Assembly: GCA_000965745.1 (NCBI GenBank)
Contig: CP009479.1
Span: forward strand, 416,001 to 480,000
Length of the DNA stretch: 64,000 bases
Origin: an uncultured archaeon
GTDB taxonomy: Archaea; Thermoplasmatota; Thermoplasmata; Thermoplasmatales; Thermoplasmataceae
Reading direction: 5' to 3'
Positions 19,401 to 28,430 of the stretch are shown piece after piece; positions within the stretch are counted from its first letter, which is position 1; each line of letters begins with the position of its first letter. The notes below the pieces were generated by a model. That model searched no databases, was not told the origin of the DNA, and worked only from the letters and a program-made list of their open reading frames with translations. The position numbers were made by a program, and so were the translations under genes.

Positions 19401-20238
19401 ATTCCTGTCGCCGTATGCTGGTATGCTGCCACCTGGAATGCTGTATCAGCAGACACTTTCGGACCTGAAGAATGCAAGCGCTCAGGTGATCAATGGCGGT
19501 AATGGACTTCAGCCATTCCAGAAGGTAATGGCACAGAAGTACTGGAACATATTCATGGGCCAGACAACTGTAGGCGGACAGCATGATAGCCCTGCAGCCA
19601 TGGGTATTACCAAGGATAACAGTGGAAACATCATGTATAACGGTAACAAGTTGTACATACCAATAATGATTCCAAACAGCGATCCTACTGATAAGGCCGC
19701 AGTGACAACCTGGGCCAGCGACATTGCACAGGTGATACCGGGAGCAACTGTTGTGCCTGTAGAGCTTCCGCTTACAGACATATTTGCTGCATATGCCATA
19801 CCAGGCCAGAACCCAATGCCAATAAGTTGGGGTGGATGGGCACCGGATTATCCGTATCCAACGGACTATCTGCTGCCAATGGGTATACCCATAAACTCCT
19901 CTACATACATGGGTCCAGCCGGTTACACGCCATACGTGGTGGGCAACACAAGCAATGCGGTATACAACCTGTCTGAATCTGCCTTCATGAACCAGGAAAT
20001 AAATGCACTGGACAATGCAACCAGCAACGCAACACACCCTGCTGCTGCTCAGAAATGGTTCCAGATAACAAATGGAATGATTGTGAACAGCACGATAGAG
20101 GTCTACATTGGACAGGCAGTACAGCACTGGACCATGAGTTCGAAGATAAGCAGTAGCGACATAATTAACTACCAGGAAAATGTGATGATAGGAGGAGGGC
20201 AGGATCTCCAGTATAACCTGCTTTCCTTCACATCATAA
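16441..20238 (+). CDS. oppA: peptide ABC transporter substrate-binding protein (family 5), N-terminally anchored, with PKD-like domain and large insert
   Basis: N-terminal TM; TLDPSIAY, YTFHI, TFQNGAPLTAWDVMYT, VRKAFAYA and WAPDYP motifs; GGAGG SD. Confidence 0.85.
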   Translation: MENNEDKGKAPEEPKVTAPPSPPRKPSTSGKWIAVIIALLVVIGVLGGLLATHYAPAAPSGPSATLSSKVGAINQNGTYSTNITATGSFKNMTVYYGDGHSQLLNYSGSNTVKVVHHYAQPGEFYIFADINYGSSTGYFFEPVKVSPNYPSINYAYRALAVDPATSSTQQINNISNIFSPGGHMRLDFLPSVGGGTYSIISQTLTLYNQSGMVSQESIPYAYNINSHGYALPVPGVTYADLQSGMYTLQVQTTTAPVNTTQSVTTTVTNTQSTPYGIPLTGSPGMTYPFSTGSSVAATGSQNVTYSVPVTNLAYTMGDQATFAGAAKLNVSNTANVTVVSGSGTFANATQFHPLNTSSSTQAYSLVPAGYVITLTSGTTLMFNNNVTAMTVNTQTTMNFTGNYTLGFVNAVVATLSNNAASSVSTGVTYEAGTAFSNLNNAAFAVPSTNVSFSKSAAVTFGAPTGVTMNTAANISTSGTVYNKTGVAVAPTHGYVLLNASETYLLPTSAITFNSAMTGLMLLNTSSSLTFGAGNYNFTLMNKTMVSVTGSGSVVLWTHLAYTQMLKGTGTVGLNNGQYDQSKTITSTYYEDFPVAQKVTQQTVAGTAFTNAEPNAPGGYTTLDPSIAYYTADSEILNNALLQLDTYNGSATDAFVPLAASYLPTLTNGGINTNSANYTQKTPWGTTYAVNLTPGMNYTFHINHAITFQNGAPLTAWDVMYTFTRTLLFDAASPGTGGWVIAQYLLPGDYFASNTFYNITHNITVNNQTNTITFHFQQSMPASLVFQIFASSGTWIEPAAWFQDHGAGIKWTPKGFQDYKAQGNIAGYNSYVQNHVMADGPYMISYIVPGSQVTMVKNTNFVQPNNTYYRKPTIDRINLLYLSSNQQAFLLLKSGQATSAALPTTYFNQTTQMINQGLLQRHGFPTLGLYFYTFTMNTNLQILKTVSSQANLPSNFFMNPNVRKAFAYAYNYSLYYNQQVGNQIYNTTFLSPYAGMLPPGMLYQQTLSDLKNASAQVINGGNGLQPFQKVMAQKYWNIFMGQTTVGGQHDSPAAMGITKDNSGNIMYNGNKLYIPIMIPNSDPTDKAAVTTWASDIAQVIPGATVVPVELPLTDIFAAYAIPGQNPMPISWGGWAPDYPYPTDYLLPMGIPINSSTYMGPAGYTPYVVGNTSNAVYNLSESAFMNQEINALDNATSNATHPAAAQKWFQITNGMIVNSTIEVYIGQAVQHWTMSSKISSSDIINYQENVMIGGGQDLQYNLLSFTS

Positions 20239-20290
20239 CTTTTTCCACCCTAAATTTTTTTTAAAATTCCATCTTTATTTTATTTCTGTA
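20239..20290 (+). terminator. T-tract terminator after oppA
   Basis: CTTTTT...TTTTTTTT...TTTATTTTATTT after the stop codon. Confidence 0.45.
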
Positions 20291-20551
20291 TTGTTCTAAT
20301 ATGACTTTCTGACTTTCCAATCTTGAAGTGCGAATTATGAGTTATTGCAATGTTGAAGTAATAGATTCAGCAAAGCCTGTTTGCATTAAGGAGACCGGCA
20401 TTGTTTTGACTTGAGCCGAAGCTATTTAGCCATAGTCCACAACAAAAAACCATCTTTCTACGTTTCTGAATAAGCAGAATGGAACCTCTGCATATTGCAG
20501 GTAAAAAGAGATGAGCCAAATTGTCTGTATAGAAAAGGTATCAGTATAGAT

Positions 20552-20896
20552 TCAGTATTCTTTTCCAACTGGCCATATTCTTCTGAAGAGCTTGCCCTGA
20601 TAGAAGATCACCACTGCTTCAATTAAGGCTATCAGCATTACAAAGTACAGGTCATAGAGGCCAAAAGAAAAAAACAGGTTTGTCGCCCTGCTGTAAAAAT
20701 GACCATTTGGTATGTACCTGAACATGTATGCGATGATCAGTCCATCCAGGAAAAGACAGGCCACGAGATAAAAACCTCTCAGGAAGTCATCGAAGATGTA
20801 CCTGATCAGTTGCCCTCTCGTAAGGTCCTTCGAGGTTACCTCTTTCTTTTCCTCTTCTTCACTCTTGTAGGATATCCTGGTAGACTGTCTCGCCAT
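20552..20896 (-). CDS. small 2-TM membrane protein at the end of the opp operon
   Basis: Two hydrophobic segments; overlaps the oppF 3' end. Confidence 0.65.
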   Translation of the reverse strand: MARQSTRISYKSEEEEKKEVTSKDLTRGQLIRYIFDDFLRGFYLVACLFLDGLIIAYMFRYIPNGHFYSRATNLFFSFGLYDLYFVMLIALIEAVVIFYQGKLFRRIWPVGKEY

Positions 20897-22334
20897 CTGG
20901 CTTCTCGCCTTTGTTCTCCTTTTCCCAATGGTTGTAATCGTAGATCAGGCATGATACAAAATGTCCCTTCACAGGCTCCGTAAGCCTTGGTACATCTCCC
21001 TTGGACATCTTTACAGTGATCACGTTGTTCGTCTGGCCGAAACCTATGGCCTCTATAGCCTTGAACCGCACTCCTCTTTCTTTCTGAGATTCCTTTGCAA
21101 TGAGGTTCTTGAAGCTGTCCAGTACGCTGCTGGAATTACCGCTGTATGGAGTAAGGGTGATCGTTAGAGTGTCATTCTCCTCATCGACCAGTATTTCCTC
21201 AGGTCTTGGAAAGTCTGCGGCGTCAGGGTTCCTGTAGGGATCCAGCATTTCGTTTATAGGCTCAGCCATATCTCCAGAGGACCATCCGCAATTTGCCATG
21301 GCAACCGGGCACCTTGGGTGGAAATAGCAGCCCTTTGGCGGGTTTGAAGGACTTGGAATTTCACCCTCCAGGACGATTCTCTCTACCTTTGTCTCCGGGT
21401 CTGGTATAGGTATGGCCGAGAGAAGTGCCTTCGTGTAAGGGTGAAGCATATCAGTAAAGAGTTCATCTGTTTCAGAAAGCTCTACCAGCTTGCCCAGATA
21501 CATAACGGCAACACGGTCGGACATCATCCTTATTACACTAAGATGGTGCGATATGAACAGGAATGAGAGATCAAACTTTCTCTGTATATCCCTCATCATG
21601 TTCAGGATCTGCGCCTGAACTGAAACGTCAAGGGCTGAAGTCGGCTCGTCCAGGACAAGAAGCTTGGGGTTGATTGAAATTGCCCGGGCAATACCTATCC
21701 TTTGCCTCTGACCTCCACTGAATTCGTGGGGGAAACGGTAAAGGTGATCTTCGCTCAGCCCTATTTCTTCAATCAGCTTCATAGTAATCTCCCTGATTTT
21801 GCTTGACCTTGTCTTGTTCAGAAGTTTCATTGGCTCGGCTATTATATCCCTGACCAATTTTCTCGGATCAAGGGAACTGAAAGGGTCCTGGAAAACAGGC
21901 TGCATAATTTTTCTGTATTCAAGCAGCTTTTTCCCCTTCATCTCAGTGATTGAGTACTTTGACCTGAGCTCTTCAAGCTTCTCTTCCATCTGTTTTTCTT
22001 CCTTTGGATCCACCGTCGCATCAGTCTTGGGGTCCCTGATGTGGTGGAGATTTTCCTCAAGCGAGATGATTTCCTGCATCTTGTCCTTTGGAAGATCGAG
22101 GTAAACATTGCCCTCTGTTGCTTCTATAAGCTTGAGTATGGTTCTCCCAAGGGTTGTCTTTCCACAACCTGTCTCTCCCACAACACCAAGTGTTTCTCCC
22201 TTCCTGAGCGCGAAGGTTACATCATCAACTGCTTTTACCTTTCCTTTGGACCTTCTCAGCCCGGAGGAAATATCAAAGTATTTCTTGAGGTGTGATACAT
22301 ACAACAGTACATCTTTCTGATCTGTTTCGCTCAT
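20859..22334 (-). CDS. oppF: oligopeptide ABC transporter ATPase (OppF/DppF) with insertions
   Basis: GETGCGKT, FSGGQRQR, LDEPT and Cys-rich C-terminal oligo_HPY domain. Confidence 0.9.
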   Translation of the reverse strand: MSETDQKDVLLYVSHLKKYFDISSGLRRSKGKVKAVDDVTFALRKGETLGVVGETGCGKTTLGRTILKLIEATEGNVYLDLPKDKMQEIISLEENLHHIRDPKTDATVDPKEEKQMEEKLEELRSKYSITEMKGKKLLEYRKIMQPVFQDPFSSLDPRKLVRDIIAEPMKLLNKTRSSKIREITMKLIEEIGLSEDHLYRFPHEFSGGQRQRIGIARAISINPKLLVLDEPTSALDVSVQAQILNMMRDIQRKFDLSFLFISHHLSVIRMMSDRVAVMYLGKLVELSETDELFTDMLHPYTKALLSAIPIPDPETKVERIVLEGEIPSPSNPPKGCYFHPRCPVAMANCGWSSGDMAEPINEMLDPYRNPDAADFPRPEEILVDEENDTLTITLTPYSGNSSSVLDSFKNLIAKESQKERGVRFKAIEAIGFGQTNNVITVKMSKGDVPRLTEPVKGHFVSCLIYDYNHWEKENKGEKPDGETVYQDILQE

Positions 22335-23911
22335 TGCGCTTCACCTGCCGGCTCACCGACATATTCTCTTGAATAAAGGAAACAGGCCACTTTATGGCCA
22401 GGTTCTACTTCAACCAGCTTCGGTTTCTTCTCAGAGCAAACATCCATGGCGAATTTGCACCTTGGATGGAATCTGCATCCCGAAGGAGGAGTAATCAAAT
22501 TTGGAACTGTACCCGGGATAGACTCGAGTTTCTGATCTGCCGATCTCTTCTTGTCAGCCCTTGGGATAGCTCTCATAAGGCCCATCGTATACGGGTGCTT
22601 CGGATCGTGGAATATTTCCTTGACTGATGTCTGCTCTACAAGATTCCCTGCGTACATGACACCGACACGATCGCACATCTCTGCTATGACAGCAAGATCA
22701 TGGGTGATGAAAAGAACAGAACTGCCGGTAACCACATTCAGTTCCTTGATAAGCTCAAGTATCTGGGCCTGGGTTGTAACATCAAGTGCTGTAGTTGGCT
22801 CATCAGCAATCAGGAGCTTTGGATTTGCAGCGAGTGCCATGGCGATCATTGCCCTCTGCTGCATGCCACCACTCAGTTCGTGGGGATAAGAGTCGATCAC
22901 TCTTTCAGGGCCTGCAATATTGACAAGATTTAGGAGCTCCAGGGCCCTCCTTCTGGATTCTTTCTCCAGGGGCCTGTCCATTCTCTTCCTCATAAGCTTG
23001 TGCTTAATGGTGAAGGACATGAACTTGGAACGCATTTCCGACCTCTTCTGACTTATCTGCTGCCTAAGATGTTCTGCTTCCGATTCATTCCTGTTTGCTT
23101 CAGCTTCTATAAGATTCAGGTTCAGTGCAAATAACTCATCGTCCGCCTTGTAATATTCGCGTGCCACAGAAAGTGGCTGAAGGTCGATTCCGGTCTTCTC
23201 CTCAGCGAGGAGCGAAAGAAGCTCTTTCTTTACATAATTGATGTCTTCAGAAGTGTTGATAAGATCGTATATTGACTCGTCAGAGTCAGGGACACCGTAT
23301 TCTCTGCTCCATCTGTTGACAATCCTTCTCCTTTCGTCATAGTCCTTCGTCTTGACGATCTTCTGTATAAGCTCGTCAACGCCATCTTCTCCCAGTGTTT
23401 CCCTACGAATGATAGAATTGATGATGTCAATTCTGCTGTGAAGCATGATATTCTCTACAATCTGGTATCCAATTGAAAGCACAGGGTTGAGTGCGAGGAA
23501 TGGCTCCTGGAAGATCATCGCAACCTTGTCGCCCCTTATTTTAGAGAGAATGTAGTTATGCCTCTTTATCAGCCTCTTGTTTCTTTTGACCTTTACATTC
23601 GTCTCTGATTTTACCTTTATCTGTGCCAGTTTGTCCAGATCGGATATGATGTTGAAGCCATCGATGTATATCTTTCCCCTTACTATTCTGCCAGGGGGAT
23701 CGGGAACAAGGTCCATTATTGAAGTTGCCGTGACACTTTTTCCACAGCCACTCTCCCCTACAAGGCCAAATACTTCTCCTCGCTTTACTGAAAGGTCAAC
23801 GCCATCAATGGCCTTGACGATTCCCTTGAAGGTAAAGAACTGTGTTACAAGATCCCTGACTTCCACATAGTTCTCTTCTTTTACTTCACTCTGTTTTACC
23901 TCTGTTTCCAT
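22331..23911 (-). CDS. oppD: oligopeptide ABC transporter ATPase (OppD/DppD) with large helical insertion
   Basis: GESGCGKS, LSGGMQQR, ADEPT and CRFHPRC...C...C. Confidence 0.9.
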   Translation of the reverse strand: METEVKQSEVKEENYVEVRDLVTQFFTFKGIVKAIDGVDLSVKRGEVFGLVGESGCGKSVTATSIMDLVPDPPGRIVRGKIYIDGFNIISDLDKLAQIKVKSETNVKVKRNKRLIKRHNYILSKIRGDKVAMIFQEPFLALNPVLSIGYQIVENIMLHSRIDIINSIIRRETLGEDGVDELIQKIVKTKDYDERRRIVNRWSREYGVPDSDESIYDLINTSEDINYVKKELLSLLAEEKTGIDLQPLSVAREYYKADDELFALNLNLIEAEANRNESEAEHLRQQISQKRSEMRSKFMSFTIKHKLMRKRMDRPLEKESRRRALELLNLVNIAGPERVIDSYPHELSGGMQQRAMIAMALAANPKLLIADEPTTALDVTTQAQILELIKELNVVTGSSVLFITHDLAVIAEMCDRVGVMYAGNLVEQTSVKEIFHDPKHPYTMGLMRAIPRADKKRSADQKLESIPGTVPNLITPPSGCRFHPRCKFAMDVCSEKKPKLVEVEPGHKVACFLYSREYVGEPAGEAQ

Positions 23912-23915
23912 GTCA

Positions 23916-24866
23916 TTACCTCCTCAGTTTAGGATCAAGCACATCCCTCAGGCCGTCCCCCATTACACTTACTGCTATAGTGAAGACCACCAGGAATATG
24001 GACGGTATGATGATCGGCCACCATGCTCCGTAAACGATGTACTGGTTACCCCAGTTGATCAGGATTCCAAGCTCAGGAAGATAGGGATTTCCCCTGTTAA
24101 GACCTATGAACTCCAGGCTTGCGAACAGCTGAACAATAATACCGATGTCCAGGGATATCTGCACGAATATCGGAGACAGAACGTTCGGAAAAACATGCAC
24201 GAATATATTCCTGAATTTTGAAGATCCGGAAGCAGTCGCGGCCTCAACATATCGCATCTCTTTTGTGCTGAGTGCGAGACTCCTGGATAGCCTTGCGTAG
24301 ATGGGCCACCATATGATCATGAATGCTACGACAATAAAGATGAAGTTATCCCCAAGGGTGTATATAATTGCAAGGGCAAGGACAATCTGCGGTATACTGA
24401 AGAATATATCAGTAATCCTCATCATGAACTCGTCAACCATGCCTCCAAGGTATCCGGAAGCAGTTCCTATGACCATTCCTATTGCCACGCCAATGGCCAC
24501 AATGGCTATTGAGTAAGCCATATCAAACTTGAGAGCTGCAAGCATTGCCGGAAGCACTGGAATGCCGTACTGTGTCGTTCCGAAAATGTACATTATGCCC
24601 TTGCTCAATGTTGGCGGGGAAGGAGGGACCAGCTGAGGCTGCTGTCCGTAAAGGAAGCTGAGCATCGTATTTGCGTTTGTAACACCCAGATACTGTGGGT
24701 ATACAAAATCTAGCAGTGCAATGAAGAAATAGATCATCATCACGACGAAACCGGAGAAAGCAAGCTTGTTCTTGAAGAACAGTTTCATTGTGTGCTTCAT
24801 GTCCTCCAGTTTCGGGTTTCTTTTCTGGGGTTCTACATTTTTCTTAAAAACATTTACTTCTGCCAT
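23916..24866 (-). CDS. oppC: oligopeptide ABC transporter permease (OppC/DppC)
   Basis: EAA loop YVEAATASG and C-terminal GDGLRDVLDP. Confidence 0.9.
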   Translation of the reverse strand: MAEVNVFKKNVEPQKRNPKLEDMKHTMKLFFKNKLAFSGFVVMMIYFFIALLDFVYPQYLGVTNANTMLSFLYGQQPQLVPPSPPTLSKGIMYIFGTTQYGIPVLPAMLAALKFDMAYSIAIVAIGVAIGMVIGTASGYLGGMVDEFMMRITDIFFSIPQIVLALAIIYTLGDNFIFIVVAFMIIWWPIYARLSRSLALSTKEMRYVEAATASGSSKFRNIFVHVFPNVLSPIFVQISLDIGIIVQLFASLEFIGLNRGNPYLPELGILINWGNQYIVYGAWWPIIIPSIFLVVFTIAVSVMGDGLRDVLDPKLRR

Positions 24867-24874
24867 TTAACCAC

Positions 24875-25951
24875 CTAATACCTTATCCTCGGATCCATGA
24901 ATGCATACACTATGTCCACTATCAGGTTGGCGAATACAAGAATCAACCCGAATACCAGGGTGGTGTCCAGAACTCCGTAAATCTGGTTGTCCAGAGTTGC
25001 TGTAACTGCGAACCATCCAAGTCCGTGATAAGTGAAGAGAATTTCTATAACCACAACCCCACTGAGAAGCGCAGCGATAAGCAGACCCATAACCGTAATG
25101 GTCGGTATCAGGGCATTTCTCCTGATGTGCCTCTTTATAATCATACCTTCCGGAACGCCTTTTGATCTTGCTGTCTTGACGTATTCCTGGTTAGTCGCAT
25201 CCACCATTCCAGCCCTGATGAACCTGAGAAGACCTGCCAGAATTGTATAAGTAAGGGTCACAACCGGCAGAACAAGATGGAGAAAAGCGCTCCATGCCAC
25301 TCTGGGATCGCCATGAATAAGGGCATCGAAGAACACCAAGTGAGTTGGCGAGGAAATGATAAACCCGGTTTCCTGATTAAGGAGCCAATGCGGGACTGGA
25401 GTTGGCACATTAACTACCCCATTAAATGGCAGCACGGCTCCGCCCCAGTTGCTCACCCCCTGCCCGAAGGCGAGGATCAGAAGTATACCTAAAACAAAAG
25501 GAGGCATCGCGTAACCGACCAGTGAGAATACCCTTCCAGCCTGATCGGCAAATGTGTTTGGCCTGGAACCGATATATGTTCCAATGGGTATGGCGAGCAA
25601 AATCGAAAGTATAGATGAGAATATTGCGAGCTGAATCGAGTTGGGCATGAACAGTTCTATACCAAGCAAGACCGGGCCCGGGAAAGGTTTTGTGACAAAA
25701 CCCCAGTTGCCCTTAAGCAGATTCGATATATAATAGAAGTACTGAACAGGCACTGGGAGGTTCAATCCGAGCTGTTCCTTCGCGATTTGTATTTGCTCCT
25801 GCCTCGGAAGCGTGCTGTGTGGATTAATGTACGCAGACACTAGCAGCGAATCCGGAAAACTCCTGAGCAATATGAAAACAAGCACTGTAATTCCTATGAC
25901 CGTAGGAATTATCAGCAGAACTCTCCTAAGTACAAAATATCTTAGTTCCAT
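24875..25951 (-). CDS. oppB: oligopeptide ABC transporter permease (OppB/DppB)
   Basis: YVKTARSKG, HIRRNALIP and DPRIRY motifs. Confidence 0.9.
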   Translation of the reverse strand: MELRYFVLRRVLLIIPTVIGITVLVFILLRSFPDSLLVSAYINPHSTLPRQEQIQIAKEQLGLNLPVPVQYFYYISNLLKGNWGFVTKPFPGPVLLGIELFMPNSIQLAIFSSILSILLAIPIGTYIGSRPNTFADQAGRVFSLVGYAMPPFVLGILLILAFGQGVSNWGGAVLPFNGVVNVPTPVPHWLLNQETGFIISSPTHLVFFDALIHGDPRVAWSAFLHLVLPVVTLTYTILAGLLRFIRAGMVDATNQEYVKTARSKGVPEGMIIKRHIRRNALIPTITVMGLLIAALLSGVVVIEILFTYHGLGWFAVTATLDNQIYGVLDTTLVFGLILVFANLIVDIVYAFMDPRIRY

Positions 25952-26049
25952 CTATAACATCAACCAATTGGAAAATTGTTATTTAATCTTTTCCAGATTT
26001 AGGCGTGTCTTGCCTCCACAATAAGTAATATAAAAAAGAGAGTATTATT

Positions 26050-27012
26050 TTACTCTGCCACCAATGGAGGCTGAATTCGGCCACCGTCTCTCGCAGAATC
26101 CCTTCTAAATCTGGTTTTAACATGGTTGTACCACCAGATTTTCGAGAGTAATGCAGCCTCCTCAATAGGTCTTTCCAGAGACGGTTCTCGGAAACATTCG
26201 TCGAAACACTCCGAGCAATGGTTGTCGTAGGATTCCCACACGGGCCCCTTGTTCATTACAACTTCCATCCTTGTGAAGCACGGGTGGACTTTTCCCCTGT
26301 AGTCGGTGTAAAGGACATTCTCTCCTGCTTTGCATCTAGTTACAGATCTACCGTCGATATAATCGACTGCTTCCTTGTAGTAGGTTTTGAGATTGCCGAA
26401 AACGTGCCTGTTGTAGTTTTCATACGCGTAGTTGAAGGCGGTCCTTATCATATCCTGGCTTACCTGGAAATCCTGGAAGTAATAGGCGCTCTGGTCCGGG
26501 AAGCACATGGTCATTGGGATTCCCAGCTCGTTGTTGTTGAACTCTGCCATTTCACCTATCTTGTTGTAGTTGAAATTTGTAACAAGTGCATTGGAAGTCA
26601 CAATTTTCACCTTCTGCTTGGCCTCCTTTATTGTCTTGACCACGGTGTCAAATATCTTCAGGCCCCTGTACTCATTGTGCTCCTCAGGTATGTTGCTGTC
26701 AAGAGATATGGTTGCCGCATCAAGGTATGGAAACAGTCTTCTCAGTACATACGGATTTGTCCCGTTGGTTGCGATATGGGTGAAAAAGTGGTGTTCCTTA
26801 AGCTTCTTTATAATAGATTCGATTGACCTGTTGAGTGTTGGCTCCCCTCCTGTGAGTGATACAATCTTCACCCCATTCTTCTTCATTTCCTCTATATGCC
26901 TGTCTACAAGCTCATCGGGAAAAAATATCTTCCCCTGCCAGGCGTTACAGCTTTTGCATCGTAAGTTACAGAAAAAATCAATATTCCAGATCATTGTCTT
27001 GAAGGATTTCAT
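26050..27012 (-). CDS. radical SAM protein with SPASM/twitch domain
   Basis: CNLRCKSC, TGGEP, CKAG...G.VHPC and C-terminal CSEC...C. Confidence 0.85.
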   Translation of the reverse strand: MKSFKTMIWNIDFFCNLRCKSCNAWQGKIFFPDELVDRHIEEMKKNGVKIVSLTGGEPTLNRSIESIIKKLKEHHFFTHIATNGTNPYVLRRLFPYLDAATISLDSNIPEEHNEYRGLKIFDTVVKTIKEAKQKVKIVTSNALVTNFNYNKIGEMAEFNNNELGIPMTMCFPDQSAYYFQDFQVSQDMIRTAFNYAYENYNRHVFGNLKTYYKEAVDYIDGRSVTRCKAGENVLYTDYRGKVHPCFTRMEVVMNKGPVWESYDNHCSECFDECFREPSLERPIEEAALLSKIWWYNHVKTRFRRDSARDGGRIQPPLVAE

Positions 27013-27081
27013 TTACACATGTTACGCAACTCAGTAATTTAGTATTTTTGTAAACAAAGCTGAAATTTTGTCGGGTTTCGG

Positions 27082-27606
27082 TCACTGTTGTATATAATAG
27101 GTCATGAAAACGTCGTCTACAGGCTCCCCGTTGATCATGAACTGGCCGCGCCTATGGCCTTCAATTTCAAAGCCAACTTTCTCGTAGGCCCGTATCGCCC
27201 CTGTGTTTGTTGAGAATACCTCAAGGTTCAGCTTCTTTATTCCCTGCCCCTTGCACCAGTTGATTGCTTCCTGGATCATTCTTGTGCCAAGACCCTTGTT
27301 TCTGTGGCCAGATTTTATTGCGATTCCAAGGTTTGCCGTGTGCCTGTTCTTTTTGTACATACCCCTCTGAATCGTTATAACTCCGATGATTTCGCCATAG
27401 CGGTCGCATACAAGTGTAAGGTCCTCGATGCTGCGTATGCGCTCCTGCTCCCCCCTTTCTGTAAGCAGATAGTACTCTCCTACGAGGTATATCCTTTCAT
27501 CCATAACGCTCTGCATGCAGATGATTATACCCCTTGCATCAGATGGGTCGGCCTTTCTTATTATATATTCAGATCTTTCTAGATCTTTCTGCCTCTTGAA
27601 CAGCAT
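27082..27606 (-). CDS. GNAT N-acetyltransferase (RimL/YhhY-like)
   Basis: RNKGLGT acetyl-CoA motif and N..AI..YEKVGF. Confidence 0.88.
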   Translation of the reverse strand: MLFKRQKDLERSEYIIRKADPSDARGIIICMQSVMDERIYLVGEYYLLTERGEQERIRSIEDLTLVCDRYGEIIGVITIQRGMYKKNRHTANLGIAIKSGHRNKGLGTRMIQEAINWCKGQGIKKLNLEVFSTNTGAIRAYEKVGFEIEGHRRGQFMINGEPVDDVFMTYYIQQ

Positions 27607-27653
27607 CGGGCAACAAGCTAATAATGCAAATTAAATGATAACTGTTTCTGAGG

Positions 27654-27983
27654 TTATTTTTTAGCAAGAGTGCTTTTGAGGTCCGAATAAATTCCCTCCA
27701 TCTCATCCAGAACCAGCTTTGCGCTGTTCATTATTGCGTCCCGGTTCTCGATGAATTCAGGGGTAAGTATTGCTCCTTCCCTGGACGGGGATATAACCCC
27801 CTCCTTCTCCAGTATCCTGAGGGAGTATCGAATCTTATGCTCAGGGATGTTTGTTTCCTTAGCCATTTTAATAATGCCCGCAGGCTGTTCCCGCAAGAGA
27901 GTCTTGATAATTGCAATATGCCTCTTCACAGTTTCAAGGTCGTATACAATCTCTTTGAAAATTGAATGATCCTGATCGCTCAT
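27654..27983 (-). CDS. archaeal HTH transcriptional regulator
   Basis: RHI.II..L...QPAGIIKMA......EHKIRYSLRILE.EG.I.PS..GA pattern. Confidence 0.75.
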   Translation of the reverse strand: MSDQDHSIFKEIVYDLETVKRHIAIIKTLLREQPAGIIKMAKETNIPEHKIRYSLRILEKEGVISPSREGAILTPEFIENRDAIMNSAKLVLDEMEGIYSDLKSTLAKK

Positions 27984-28055
27984 GTTTTTAAGGAATGCAT
28001 GTTAGCATATAACAATTACGAATACCGAAACCGTCACGGAAGGGAGGTCTATCAG

Positions 28056-28277
28056 CTACGGAAACAGGACTTTGCTTCCTTCCACAATCTTTAAATCGTT
28101 CTGGATGCCCACCATCTTCCTGATGATCTCTTCCCTTTCCCTTATATATTCATCGAATTTCTCCGGGTGCTTGGATTCCCCCCTTATGCTTATTGCATTG
28201 ATGCGGAGGGCGAGCTGAAGCTTTAGGGCAAACCTTGTTTTTTCGTCCAGTTCATTCAGGTCAATGACCGATGTCAT
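28056..28277 (-). CDS. small hypothetical protein
   Basis: 73-aa ORF co-oriented with its neighbours, protein-like composition, fills the intergenic gap. Confidence 0.55.
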   Translation of the reverse strand: MTSVIDLNELDEKTRFALKLQLALRINAISIRGESKHPEKFDEYIREREEIIRKMVGIQNDLKIVEGSKVLFP

Positions 28278-28430
28278 TCCATGAATTTAATCCCAAAAAC
28301 ACCTATAATCCTTTGCCTCTCCTGGCTTTAAAATTCATAAGGCTTCATTGCCTGATTCTCCGATGAGGTAAGACACACGTTGAATATGATGAGGCGAAAC
28401 TGTTATTTTCGTCTGCAAGTTGAGCAATTT

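Noticed and set aside
19279-20127. 282-aa antisense ORF in oppA, and many similar shadow ORFs across the window
   Set aside because: They lie opposite or within well-supported genes, have atypical composition and show no motifs; codon bias explains them.
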